Of a stretch of DNA of 64,000 nucleotides, positions 13,586 through 25,500 are shown one piece after another. Position 1 is the stretch's first letter. Every line of letters starts with the position of its first letter. The notes below the pieces were generated by a model. That model had not been told where the DNA came from, did no database searches, and saw nothing but the letters and a program-made list of their open reading frames with translations. The stretch comes from Macrostomum hystrix (Eukaryota; Animalia; Platyhelminthes): assembly GCA_950097015.1 (NCBI GenBank), contig CATNEN010000039.1, positions 3,286,001 through 3,350,000 of the forward strand, given 5' to 3'. Both the position numbers and the translations under genes were made by a program.

Positions 13586-16500
13586 ATGACACCGATATGT
13601 TTAGAAAAAGACCAACAAATGCTTCTACAGAGAGTGGAACAGACAGTTCTGAAAGACGGTCATTCAGGCGGCTATCTGCGTTCTGGGACAGGCGGACGCG
13701 AACGAATTTCGGCTCGAATTCGCGACTCGATAACCAGAAACCTGGACGATCCGGTTGGAACCGGCTCCGGCGCCGATTGGAGCGGCCTCGGCAGTCGCTA
13801 TGGCCACGGCGGCGGCGGTGTCGACGAAGTCAGCAAGCTGCGGCAGGAGTTGAACCGCCTGGAGGATGCGCTGTCCGAGATGCGGGCAGAGCGGGATCAA
13901 TTGTCTATTCGGTACACTGCGCTGGCTGAGAGGGTGAGCATCTTGCTAATTTGAATGTGTCTAATGTACTTTTAAATATCATATAACATGCGCGTGTCCT
14001 GATCAAGTCAATATTGAGACTTCTGTGTAACTTGCGTGCTATCAAATTAGGCGAACTATGAGTGCCCTCTTATCACGCGCTGTATGCGTGACTGTTGATC
14101 ACGTATTGCCTGCGTGTATTCAGACGACACTTGTGTGTCCTTCCATCACGCAGTGTATTCGTGATATATTTTGAATTGCCTGATAAATAGCCTGCGAAAT
14201 TCAGAGTGAGTCCCTTATTGAAGCTTATGTCTTTGTATTTGGTATTGAGTCTTTATAGTTTTTTGGTCTGTTGGGACTTTAGAATTGCAAAGTGCGGACA
14301 GCAAAAAAAGTCCCTGTCAGTAAGTAAAAGCCATTCAGCTTTCGTAGGGTGCGCACTAAAAAAGTCTGTCTATGACGCCAATGACACAGTAGGATGTCGC
14401 CATTCCATTCTCTATTCATTTTAAAGCCCCAGTGGCTGACAAATAGAGCCCAAAATGACTGTGACAAGAGCCTTCTCAAAGTAGTCATCTGATTCAGGCT
14501 TCCACTTCCTCATATTCATATTGCATTTTGCATCCAATCCGTTACACCCTCAGCGCCTTCCTCCCACCCTCGCTGTTTGTGGTGTCCATCGGCTAACTTT
14601 GATGCTTTTTTCATGTCTCGTCGTCCATTGTTTCAGCCAGCTTCCCATTGTTCTCTTAGTCTGCGTCTCGCCTTGGCCCTGTGCACTGCGGCCGTTTGGA
14701 AATCAATGCTTATAGACAGGCGGTGTCTCCAGGTTGTCTGTAGTTTTAATCCGCCAGTGAATATACCAGTGTAGTATGCTTTTGATTGACTTAGCGAAAT
14801 GAGAAATTTGAGACTATCGGTTGGAGTACTTGTCACTGCTTCGTGGATTCCTAAGTTTAGAATGATTAGTAAAACCTATTGCAATGGCGTGAGATTATCT
14901 GTATCTTACCTGCATAATCAGAGATGCAGAATCAAACCAAGAACAAGGGCTAGAATCGCAGCAAGAACAGTTTTAAGAATCGCAGCAAGAACAGTTCTAA
15001 GAATCGCAGCAAGAACAGTTTCAAGAATCGCAGCAAGAACAGTTTCAAGAATCGCAGCAAGAACAGTTTTAAGAATCGCAGCAAGAACAGTTTCAAGAAT
15101 CGCAGCAAGAACAGTTTTAAGAATCGCAGCAAGAATAGTTTTAAGAATCGCAGCAAGAACAGTTTTAAGAATCGCAGCAAGAACAGTGTTAGGAATCGCA
15201 GCAAGAAAAGTATTAAGAATCGCAGCAAGAACAGTTTTAAGAATCGCGGCAAGAACAGTTTTAAGAATCGCAGCAAGAACAGTGTTAGGAATCGCAGCAA
15301 GAACAGTATTAAGAATCGCAGCAAGAACAGTTTTAAGAATCGCGGCAAGAACAGTTTTAAGAATCGCTGCAAGAAGCCATGAATCATGCTGTATTGAGCA
15401 AGTTAAGTTTAGCTTCTTCAGATAAAAGTACATTGTTGAAGTGTGCTGCAATGCCCGGCATTGTGACGAAATTGTTGTTCCCTTATCTTTACCCTCAGCC
15501 AAGTGGGAAGCGAAGCACCTGTATAGAATATAAAATTCCCCAATTCAAACGGTGGCTTTCAGATTAAAAAACTGGCGCTCAAACTACTAATGTAGCCGTT
15601 TATAAAATAAAATGCACTGAGGGCGCTGCCCTACGGCATCCCATAGCTGACAATGGGATTTGAATTGCGTTGCTGGGGCGGAGAGGATTGGAAGGGACTA
15701 CTGGAGCTAGCTGCAGTTTTATAGCCCTCACGGCCAACTCAGCGATCCCCGCCCTCTTCCGGGTAGCAACCGGCTGCTGACAAGGCAGATAGAGAGAACT
15801 TTTATGGGCAGCTCTCAGCGATGCAGCCTCTACCGGCTTGTTGATCCTGTTCTCTGTATCTTTTTATTTCAACGCCTCACAATGTGTTGCTTCGTTAGTC
15901 TTACGTCTGACTTAATTTGTTAAGCCTAATCTTATATCTTGAGTCTCATCTACATCTTATATCTTGAGTCTCATGAAATTCACTCAATAGACTCAACTAA
16001 TATCTCTTGAGTCTCATATAATCTCTTGAGTCTCATCTAAACTCTCAAGCCTCTCAAAAGACTTTTCTTTTGAGTCTCATCTTATCTCTCAAGTCTCATA
16101 TTTTCTTTTGAGTCTCATCTTATCTCTCAAGTCTCATATTTTCTTTTGAGTCTCATCGAATCTCTTGAGTCTCATCTAATCTCTTGAGTCTCATCTAATC
16201 TCTTGAGTCTTATCTAATCTCTTGAGTCTCATCTCAATCTAATCCATTGACTCTTAACTAATCCCTTATGTCTCATCTAATCACTTGTGGTTGATCTAAA
16301 TATAATCTCGTTAGTGCTATATTGTCTCTTGAGTCTTATGTCAAGAAAACGGAGAGTTACAGACTGAATTGTCAAGCTGGCCTGCAGGTAGCTTATGGAG
16401 AGTAGCGAAGTCAAGTGAAGTGTGAGAGGGGCGTTGTGCCCTGGACTATATATTTAAACATGGTTAAGTTGGACAGACTGGAGGAGGTTGGCGGTACGAT

Positions 16501-19500
16501 AACAAGAGTGCGCGACTGAGGGTAAGAGAGGAGGCTAGAACGTGAGCGGCGGACCAATCAGAAAGGAGGAAAGAAAGAAAGGATAGAGAATGAGAGATCA
16601 GCCGCAGAGATAACGAGAGAGAAAGAACTAGATTGAACTGGACGATGTAAACAAGAAAAGTGCAGAGAACGAAAGAGTGAATAGAGGACAGAAGGCAGAG
16701 ACGAAAGTCGCGACATCTTATCTTGTCTCTTGAGTTTTATCTTGTCTCTTGAGTCTCATCTAGGATCTTGAGTCAAAATTTTATGTCTTAGATCTCAACA
16801 AAATCTAATCTCACTAGTCTCGTTTAAATCTAATATCGCGATTCTCATTTACCGATACGAGTAATATTCTGAGTCTCATCTGACAGAAATCTGTCAAGTT
16901 TTCTCGCTTAGGTCAGACTTAAATCGAAGACTCCGCCTTCCTAACAGTCACCCAAAATCGCTGCTTCGCTGTTCATTTCTCATTTCTCTCGCACTGTTGA
17001 CCCGTCGCCATGGAGAAGCAGGTAAATTCCTAGAAAGCGGAAGCCCGCATCGGTTGTTGTGTGCTCAGAAAATGAAACACGCACGTTGAATTTCTTTAGA
17101 AAGTTTCTTGACACGGAAACTTGCTGGTGTTGGTGAAAATATTAGAAAAGCAGTTTGGCTAGAGAAACGAATTTGTTGCTGGCTTTGTTGTCGCGCGGAG
17201 AACAATGGCCATTTGGCTGTCGGGTTGATTGTCGCGAAATGTTCATTGTTTTGTTTAGGCGGAGGCGGAGCGGGCAGCCTTAGCATTGCTGATTAAAAAT
17301 CCACACGGGGGTTGTTTGTGCGAGAGCCGGAGGACGGGAAGCGTCAAATGCAGGCCCTGGTGTCAGGCGATGCTAGGATTCATTATTTATTGCAATTTCT
17401 TGTCTTACCTGAAGCTGTTGAGTTGTCATAAACCAGGTCTATTGCGGTACCTGCTTAAAATTTTAACAGAAATTTTCTAACAATAAAATCTGCAGGTATT
17501 GACGCAAGCGGAAAATAACTAGCAGAAAGCAAATGAATTTTTTCTACGCTTTAGGATTCAATGGCTAGACGACTGGTGCTTATAGTGCGGGATTGACATG
17601 TCTTGAAACCGTTTAAAATTGTTAACAATAATTAAAATATAATACGAGCGTATTTAATAATAATAATAATTATCTAGTTTTAGAGTACCATAGATAATAA
17701 GTAAGTACGATAGATTGTGAGTAAGTACGATAGATCGTGAGTAAGTAAAATGAATGATGAGTAGGTAGGATAGATGGTGAGTAGTTAGGATAGATAAGCA
17801 GTGAGTGGGATAGATGGTGAGTAAGTAGGATGAATGATGAGTAGGTAGGATAGATGATGAGTAAGGAGGATAGATGGTGAGTAAGTAGGATAGATGGTGA
17901 GTAAGTAGGATAGATGATGAATAAGTAGGATAGATGGTGAGTAAGTAGGATAGATGGTGAGTAAGTAGGATAGATGGTGAGTAAGTAGGATAGATGGTGA
18001 GTAAGTAGGATGAATGATGAGTAGGTAGGATAGATGATGAGTAGTTAGGATAGATGGTGAGTAGGTAGGATAGATGGTGAGTAAGTAGGATGAATGATGA
18101 GTAGGTAGGATAGATGATGAGTAGTTAGGATAGATGGTGAGTAGGTAGGATAGATGGTGAGTAGTTAGGATAGATAAGCAGTGAGTGGGATAGATCGTGA
18201 GTAAGTAGGATGAATGATGAGTAGGTAGGATAGATGATGAGTAAGGAGGATAGATGGTGAGTAAGTAGGATAGATGGTGAGTAAGTAGGATAGATGATGA
18301 ATAAGTAGGATAGATGGTGAGTAAGTAGGATAGATGGTGAGTAAGTAGGATAGATGGTGAGTAAGTAGGATGAATGATGAGTAGGTAGGATAGATGATGA
18401 GTAAGGAGGATAGATGATGAGTAAGTAGGATAGATGGTGAGTAAGTAGGATAGATGGTGAGTAAGTAGGATAGATGGTGAGTAAGCAGGATAGATGATGA
18501 ATAAGTAGGATGAATGATGAGTAGGTAGGATAGATGATGAGTAAGGAGGATAGATGATGAGTAAGTAGGATAGATGTAAGTAGGATAGTAGGATAGATGG
18601 TGAGTAAGCAGGATAGATGATGAATAAGTAGGATAGATGGTGAGTAAGGAGGATAGATGATGAGTAAGGAGGATAGATGATGAATAAGTAGGATAGATGG
18701 TGAGTAAGTAGGATAGATGGTGAGTAAGCAGGATAGATGATGAATAAGTAGGATGAATGATGAGTAGGTAGGATAGATGATGAGTAAGGAGGATAGATGA
18801 TGAGTAAGTAGGATAGATGTAAGTAGGATAGTAGGATAGATGGTGAGTAAGCAGGATAGATGATGAATAAGTAGGATAGATGGTGAGTAAGGAGGATAGA
18901 TGATGAGTAAGTAGGATAGATGATGAATAAGTAGGATAGATGATGAGTAAGTAGGATGAATGATGAGTAGGTAGGATAGATGATGAGTAAGGAGGATAGA
19001 TGATGAGTAAGTAGGATAGATGATGAATAAGCAGGATAGATGGTGAGTAAGTAGGATAGATGGTGAGTAAGTAGGATAGATGATGAGTAAGTAGGATAGA
19101 TGGTGAGTAAGTAGGATAGATGGTGAGTAAGCAGGATAGATAATGAATAAGTAGGATAGATGATGAATAAGTAGGATAGATGGTGAGTAAGTAGGATAGA
19201 GGATGAGTAAGTAGGATAGATGGTGAGTAAGTAGGATAGATGATGAATAAGTAGGATAGATGATGAATAAGTAGGATAGATAATGAATAAGTAGGATAGA
19301 TGATGAATAAGCAGGATAGATGATGAATAAGCAGGATAGATGGTGAGTAAGTAGGATAGATGGTGAGTAAGTAGGATAGAGGGTGAGTAAGTAGGATAGA
19401 TGGTGAGTAAGTAGGATAGATGATGAATAAGTAGGATAGATGATGAATAAGTAGGATAGATAATGAATAAGTAGGATAGATGATGAATAAGCAGGATAGA

Positions 19501-22500
19501 TGGTGAGTAAGTAGGATAGATGGTGAGTAAGTAGGATAGATGATGAGTAAGTAGGATAGATGGTGAGTAAGCAGGATAGATGATGAATAAGTAGGATAGA
19601 TGGTGAGTAAGTAGGATAGATGATGAGTAAGTGGGATAGACGATGAGTAAGTAGGATAGATGAGGAGTAAGTTGGATAGATAATGAATAAGTAGGATAGA
19701 TGAGGAGTAAGTAGGATAAATGTCCTTAGCAGTATGTGCCAGTGATAGTACGTGATCGAATGACATCGTTGACGGACAATGACATCGTTTGACATCGTTT
19801 GACTCGTATGCCATCGTTTACGGACAATGCAGTTTGCCACACAATTGTAACTACAGGAAGAGAGTCAATGATTTTCACAATTCTTTGTCGCTCAAAATCA
19901 CTTGATTTTCTTTATTCCAACCCGTCTTGGTACTCTTTTATCTCTGCTTTTGTGGATGTAGAATTAATTATGAGCCGCTTTGGCAGGGCTGTAGTGCATG
20001 CACCTGCACAGGAATGCACTGCGGTGAGTGGGGTGCTAGCTTTCAAGTGCAGCATGAAGATCCGCTTTCAATCGAGGGAGCTGTTCTCCTATCCTTCTAT
20101 TCCTCTCCCAATGGTTCTCTATTATTATGAAGCAGTGAGCGCGTTGCGCCGCGCCGCCACCGCCGCCTTTGCTTTCACAAAATACAATTTCTTCTTTCTC
20201 GGCATTCTTTTTTTCAAGCAAGAAAACATTGAAAGCCGCGTTGCCTAAACTGACTCGGCGCCGGCTCTGGCTCCCCGCCAGCTCAGGGGAGTTCAGAAAT
20301 TTCTGGGTTGGCGGCGTGGCCGGGGTGGGCCGCCCTTCCTCAAACCGGTTGACGACAATGCCGGAACACTCTCACTATTAACTAACACTGTCTGGGGCCC
20401 CGTGTGTGCTCATGCCCTTCCCCTCTGCTCTCCCTTCCGCCCCCGCGCCACCCGCCCGCCCCAGCTGTTGCCAATGGAAATGACCAATCCGGCGCCTCTT
20501 CTGTCCCACAAGAAAAAGTTTCGAGGAAGCAGGCAGAAGCCTGGGGGAAGCAGCGGAGCAGTGAGGGAGGTCCCAAACTCATTGGCTGACCGTGTCTGGC
20601 ACAGGGCTTGTCTGGGGTTCTGCAGGTGACTCCGCTTCCCAGTTTCACCTTCCGTCAACTCCCATTCCCAGCACTCCGGGGGCGCCAACTCAAGTGCTCA
20701 AAAATATTTTCTACCCGGGCTTCCATCTGCATCCTCTAGACGGCATTTGGTTTTCGTCCCACTGTCCATAGAATCAGGGATTGAAGTTTGAGGTAGGCTG
20801 TCCTGGGAATGGGGATGTTGTCTGCCTAGCCTCACCTGAGGAGGCCGCGGGTGCAGGGGATTAGCCGGTGGATGTTTCACACCACATGCGAAAACTGTCC
20901 CTATAAATAGGCTTCGATGCGAATAATCCACGGATGTTGAGACCAACGCCCATTGTCTGGCTAAAACTCTGCTTCTAGATTTGTAGGATAGCTTGTTATT
21001 TTTCCCATTGTGTACCTGAACAGCTGGTTAGCAACTAAGGCTAAGCGGTGCGAAAATCTGTTAGAATTGATGGACAGTCCGGCTGAAATCCCCACGGACG
21101 TCGATGACGGCGGCGACCTCCTGTTGGACAATGGCAGTGTGAGTACAGGATCACCCAAATAAAATTTTCTAACAGTGTTCTTGCCAATTTTTTTCTATTT
21201 ATTACTAGAAGAATACTCGTACGTCCTAAGCTCGAATCCACGGTGACGACTGCACCGAGAGAGGGCGTGGGACTTGGTACCTCTGTTATTCGTATCTTCT
21301 CGTCTGTGGCTCTGGGGGGTCAGTGGCAGAGCAGTTAACGTGTTTGCCTCTCGCACCAAGGTCCCTGAGCTCGATTCCGCGGCGAGGCCACATTCATTTG
21401 AGGCGCAGCCGCGGAGAGAAGGCTTGGGGGCTTGGCGTGCAATTCACGCCCTTGAGGGCCAACCTCCGAGGCGCAGAAAAAGTGCTTGTGCACTGCCTGA
21501 CGATGAGAAAGTCAGGGCAGATGTGTGAACGTGTGCTCAGCAGTCAGCGAGATGGGCAGAATTGCCTCCTCGCTGGCTGCGGGTCTACTGTCACCAAGCC
21601 ATGTGCCCACAGCTCTCCAGCAATTATTGTTATTAGTATCTATGTGTGCTCAGGTTTTTTTCGACAATGAGTCGCATTGTCTCCTAGGAACTGAGCCAAC
21701 GGTGCGACATTGCTTGCTTTATTTCCATAGCAACCAAATTCGGATATTTTTCAGCGCTAGAGAATAAAATATTAAAAAGCCAAGCCAAGGTGTTGAGTGA
21801 GTTTTAGCCTCGCTCGTGCATGACTATTTCAGGCAGTCTGGACATGGCTTGAGGGCGAAGCAGCATTTCCACATTTCTTCATTTCTCTCCCTCTCCTGTC
21901 CTGGCTTTCACTTGCGTGTTCTTTACCAACTTATCGTGTGAGCCGGCGTTGTCAATGGTTTCAGACAAATTAAATGCCTGATAGAGAGAAACACACTTAC
22001 TATTCCTCTGGCTGCGTGCTTTGGCATAAAGTAGGCAACCTTGTATGGCTGATGCTACACCAGACAAATTGCAAGTTTCCAGTCCATTTCAGTCTCTGCT
22101 TGGGAATTTCGTTTATTTTTAACAATATAATAGAATTTATTGTCCTATCCAAAACTTTACAGGCAGTTTTGATATTTGCAATTATCATTTACTACTGGTA
22201 AGTACTATGTGATATTCACATTTTCGAGAGTTTCACACAGTTTAAGTCACTTAGTTTTCATTGTAATTGCTTTCAATGATTCGTTTATTAGAACACCATT
22301 TGATGAAGTTGAAAGTTGACAATGTCTTCGTCACTGAAATAGTTTTCTCGTCGAATTTTTTTATATTTGTTCACGTGGTTATTTTGTTATGTTAATGTCT
22401 CCGAGAAGCATGTCTCACATCGATTTTACTTGGTATTGGACTTCAGGTTCAGAATTTTTTACTGTGATAGAGTTTCAATAGATTCATTTAAAAAATCGAA

Positions 22501-25500
22501 TCGATATATTTAAAACGGCCCTCAGGCAAACTTTAGCTCGACTAAGTAAACTTGAGCTAATCGAAAACTTTCTTCCAGCACAAATTGATGATCAATTAAA
22601 TGTTATTTGCTGTCAGTTTTGCGTGTTGGTGTTTGTCCAGACACCAAATGAAGCCCGTGAGTATCTCTGGTCTGTGTGCTTGTTTGTGTGTGAGTTCCCA
22701 AGCTCAGAGAGCTTTTGGTCGAAGGACACAGGAACATTTTTGCTTTTGGGTTTTAATTAAATTCTTCAGATGGCGAAAACTTGATCTCAAATTTCATCCA
22801 ATTTGGCCTTCGGCTCTGCTTTTCAGTGGATAAAAACGCTCATTTTTTCAAGTCAACAAGAAATGGAAGATTTTACTCAGCTCAGTCGCATAGATCAAAT
22901 ATATTTCTGTCCGATTCCATTGTGGCAGTGGGTCCTGCGCTACTGTGCGTGTGCTAACAAGCTGTTTCTAGGCATTTACTCTTGTTCTCTCTCGATGGGG
23001 CTCTATTTAAACATGCTGTTGCCAATGGTTACGACCAACGCTTTCTCCCTCTGTCCTGCCATGTTCTGAACATGGCTTCCTTCGGTTATATTCATCTAGT
23101 TCTTAGCCTTCAGTAGCAACGGCGAATATAATTTGTTATGCATGGCCCGTTAGTGTAATGTGCGACTTCAGCAGGTGATGCGAAGCAAGCCCACCCCGAC
23201 CCGCATATTGAATAACTGTTTGCCCAATGTCAACCTACTCAGCACACACAGGGCGGGTTGAGAAGCTAAAAGCTTGGCCTGCTCCCTGTTGTTTCCACAA
23301 TGGCACACCAAACTGAATTCCATCCTAAACCATAAAATAATTAAAAGCTGCCAAGCTAGCAGACAAGTTTGTTGTCTAATTGCTGTGCTTTTTAAAAAAT
23401 AAAGAAGACGATAATTGCATGTCTAATCTGTGCAATAATAACTGTCCGAAATCACACACACACACACCTGCACCACCTGATAAGGAGAAATGGGCGCAAC
23501 AGTTAGCTCGTGTATACTTTAGTAGGCGACTATTTAGTATTAAGAGCGCACACAAGCAATTGAGTTCTTTTTGACGCGTTCTGCAAACCTCGTCCACCTT
23601 CATCTACCTGCCATCTGCTCTTGCTGCGATCCCTCGGTTTCTCAGTTCTGATTGTTGCACAGTTTCTTTAACTGGTCTTTCAGTATCTCACATTTCATTT
23701 TTTCTGTTTAGCCAGTTATTTAACTGAAAGCCAGCCGACTGCCAAACGCTGTGCCACAGCACTGGAGCCCTGCGCCTCTGGCTCACTCAATTTCTCTCTC
23801 TAGCGTGGCCCCCTCCCTCCTACTTAGCTCCGTATAAGCGCAGTTGCCATGACAACCGTTTAGGCTGGTCTGGCAACTGCCAGCGGCGGCGAAGTGTTAA
23901 GAAAGAGAGTTGTGAGGGCCTCGGTGGGTTTCGAGTTGGCGGCTAGAGGCGCTCTCGATCTCGACCTGGTCTCTAATGACCCTCACCTGCCTAGTGCAGA
24001 AGATGCCAATTGCCTCTGTTAAAGCAGACTGCCTGCTTATAAGGCTATCGCAGCCCCCCTATAGTCTTTGCTCTTTTGAGCTGCTGGCAAATTTACTCTC
24101 TTGCAGCACCCGCCGCCCCACTCCCCGGCTTCCGTTGGCCGAATGGTGCAGCCTCAGTCTCCAAGTTCTCGCTCTGTCTACCTGAATCTCGAACCGTTCA
24201 CCTTCTGTTTGCGTGTGCTCGAGTGCCCAGCCGTGTTTGTTCGCATTCGTGGCTCTCTAAGCACCTCTCCCAAGCCTCTCTCCCCCGTCATTCCCGCCCG
24301 CCTCCGGCTCGGTTTTCCGCGCTCAGCCGCCGACTACTCTCGTCGCCGAGAAAAATGCATTTTTCGATTCTTTGTCTCACCCGGCCCCGCCCCAGCCTCC
24401 GCTTATATTAGACGCCTACGGGCCAGCCCAGCGTCCACTCTTCATCAGCTCAAAATTGAATCTTTAAGCTCTAAGCTTTGCACTGAGAGTTGGCGCCCCA
24501 GCCCAGAATTAGCTTCGCTTGAAATCACAATTCTGACCCGCTGCTAAAGCCGATTTGGCCATGACAGACGAAGCCGGAGACTACGGCGATTACGCTTCCT
24601 CTTCCTGGCGGAGGTTCACGGATGTAAGACCGGCTGGCGGGCTTGCCCCGCGCTTGTGTGTTTGGCCCTATCGATAGCACTTCCACCCATTTGCAGTTTA
24701 TAGCTATTTATATATGATTCTTGTTTGGCGAAGGGCGTGGATTCCATGGCTTTTTGAAGCCAACTTCCTGACTAATTTGAGCGAAGGAAGCGCCAGTAGG
24801 CTCAACCGACTCAAAACCGGAGTACCAGCAAAGTTAAATGTATAGGCAATTAAGATTTTTTTCGTCTAAAATCTGAACCGGCGCGTAAGTCCTGCCCTTT
24901 GCAGCCCCTTAAAACAGGACCGTCCCGCTTAGTGCTTCCTGTATTTTCAAAGTTACAACACACAAACTTAGATCTTTCGGCTCATTGTTGCAATTCTTAC
25001 TGTCTTCGCGAGTTAGCATTGAATGTTTGCCAGGCCCAGAAATTTACCTGTGAAAAAGAACGCCGACAGCGGCAAGTTGGCATTGAAGCCAACCGCGCTG
25101 CTGCCGGCCGTGTCTCAGAAGCAGCCGCACTCAACGCGCGTAGCTTCGCACAGTTGCCAAGCAACAAGCGTCGCTGCTTCTATGGAAAATTTCACAGTCA
25201 AGACGACTCAATTTTCATTGAAATCAATGAAAAAGGCCGCTTCCCAGAATTGCCTGGTTGCTAAGCAGAAGCAGGTGCAGCGGCTGAATCCCCCATTTGA
25301 GGATAAAAGCTGTCAGGCCGCTCTGCCTGGCTTCCAAAACTGCAGCCAGACAGCCCGGATTCGAGTCCGGAACCTCACAACCGCCAGCGCCATCCTCGGC
25401 GTGTCCACCGGGGCGGCGTCGTCGTGCCAGGATAGCGGCTACGACAACTCCGACCCGGAGGATTATTGCCGCGACTCCGACAACTCCAGCCACCTCGCCA

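Noticed and set aside
19860-21270. GC-richer intronic block that might be a decayed retroelement ORF1
   Set aside because: Multiple stops and no diagnostic motif or termini that I could support.
21490-21525. CTGACGA...GAAA-GTC resembling a hammerhead core in SINE A
   Set aside because: Stems II and III cannot form; CTGAC simply pairs with GTCAG.
21563-21576. GCCTCCTCGCTGGC in SINE A is identical to the P3-L3-P3 of the genomic HDV ribozyme
   Set aside because: No P1 of adequate length followed by P1.1 GG and no CNRA J4/2; the region folds as a simple long hairpin and the motif varies between copies.
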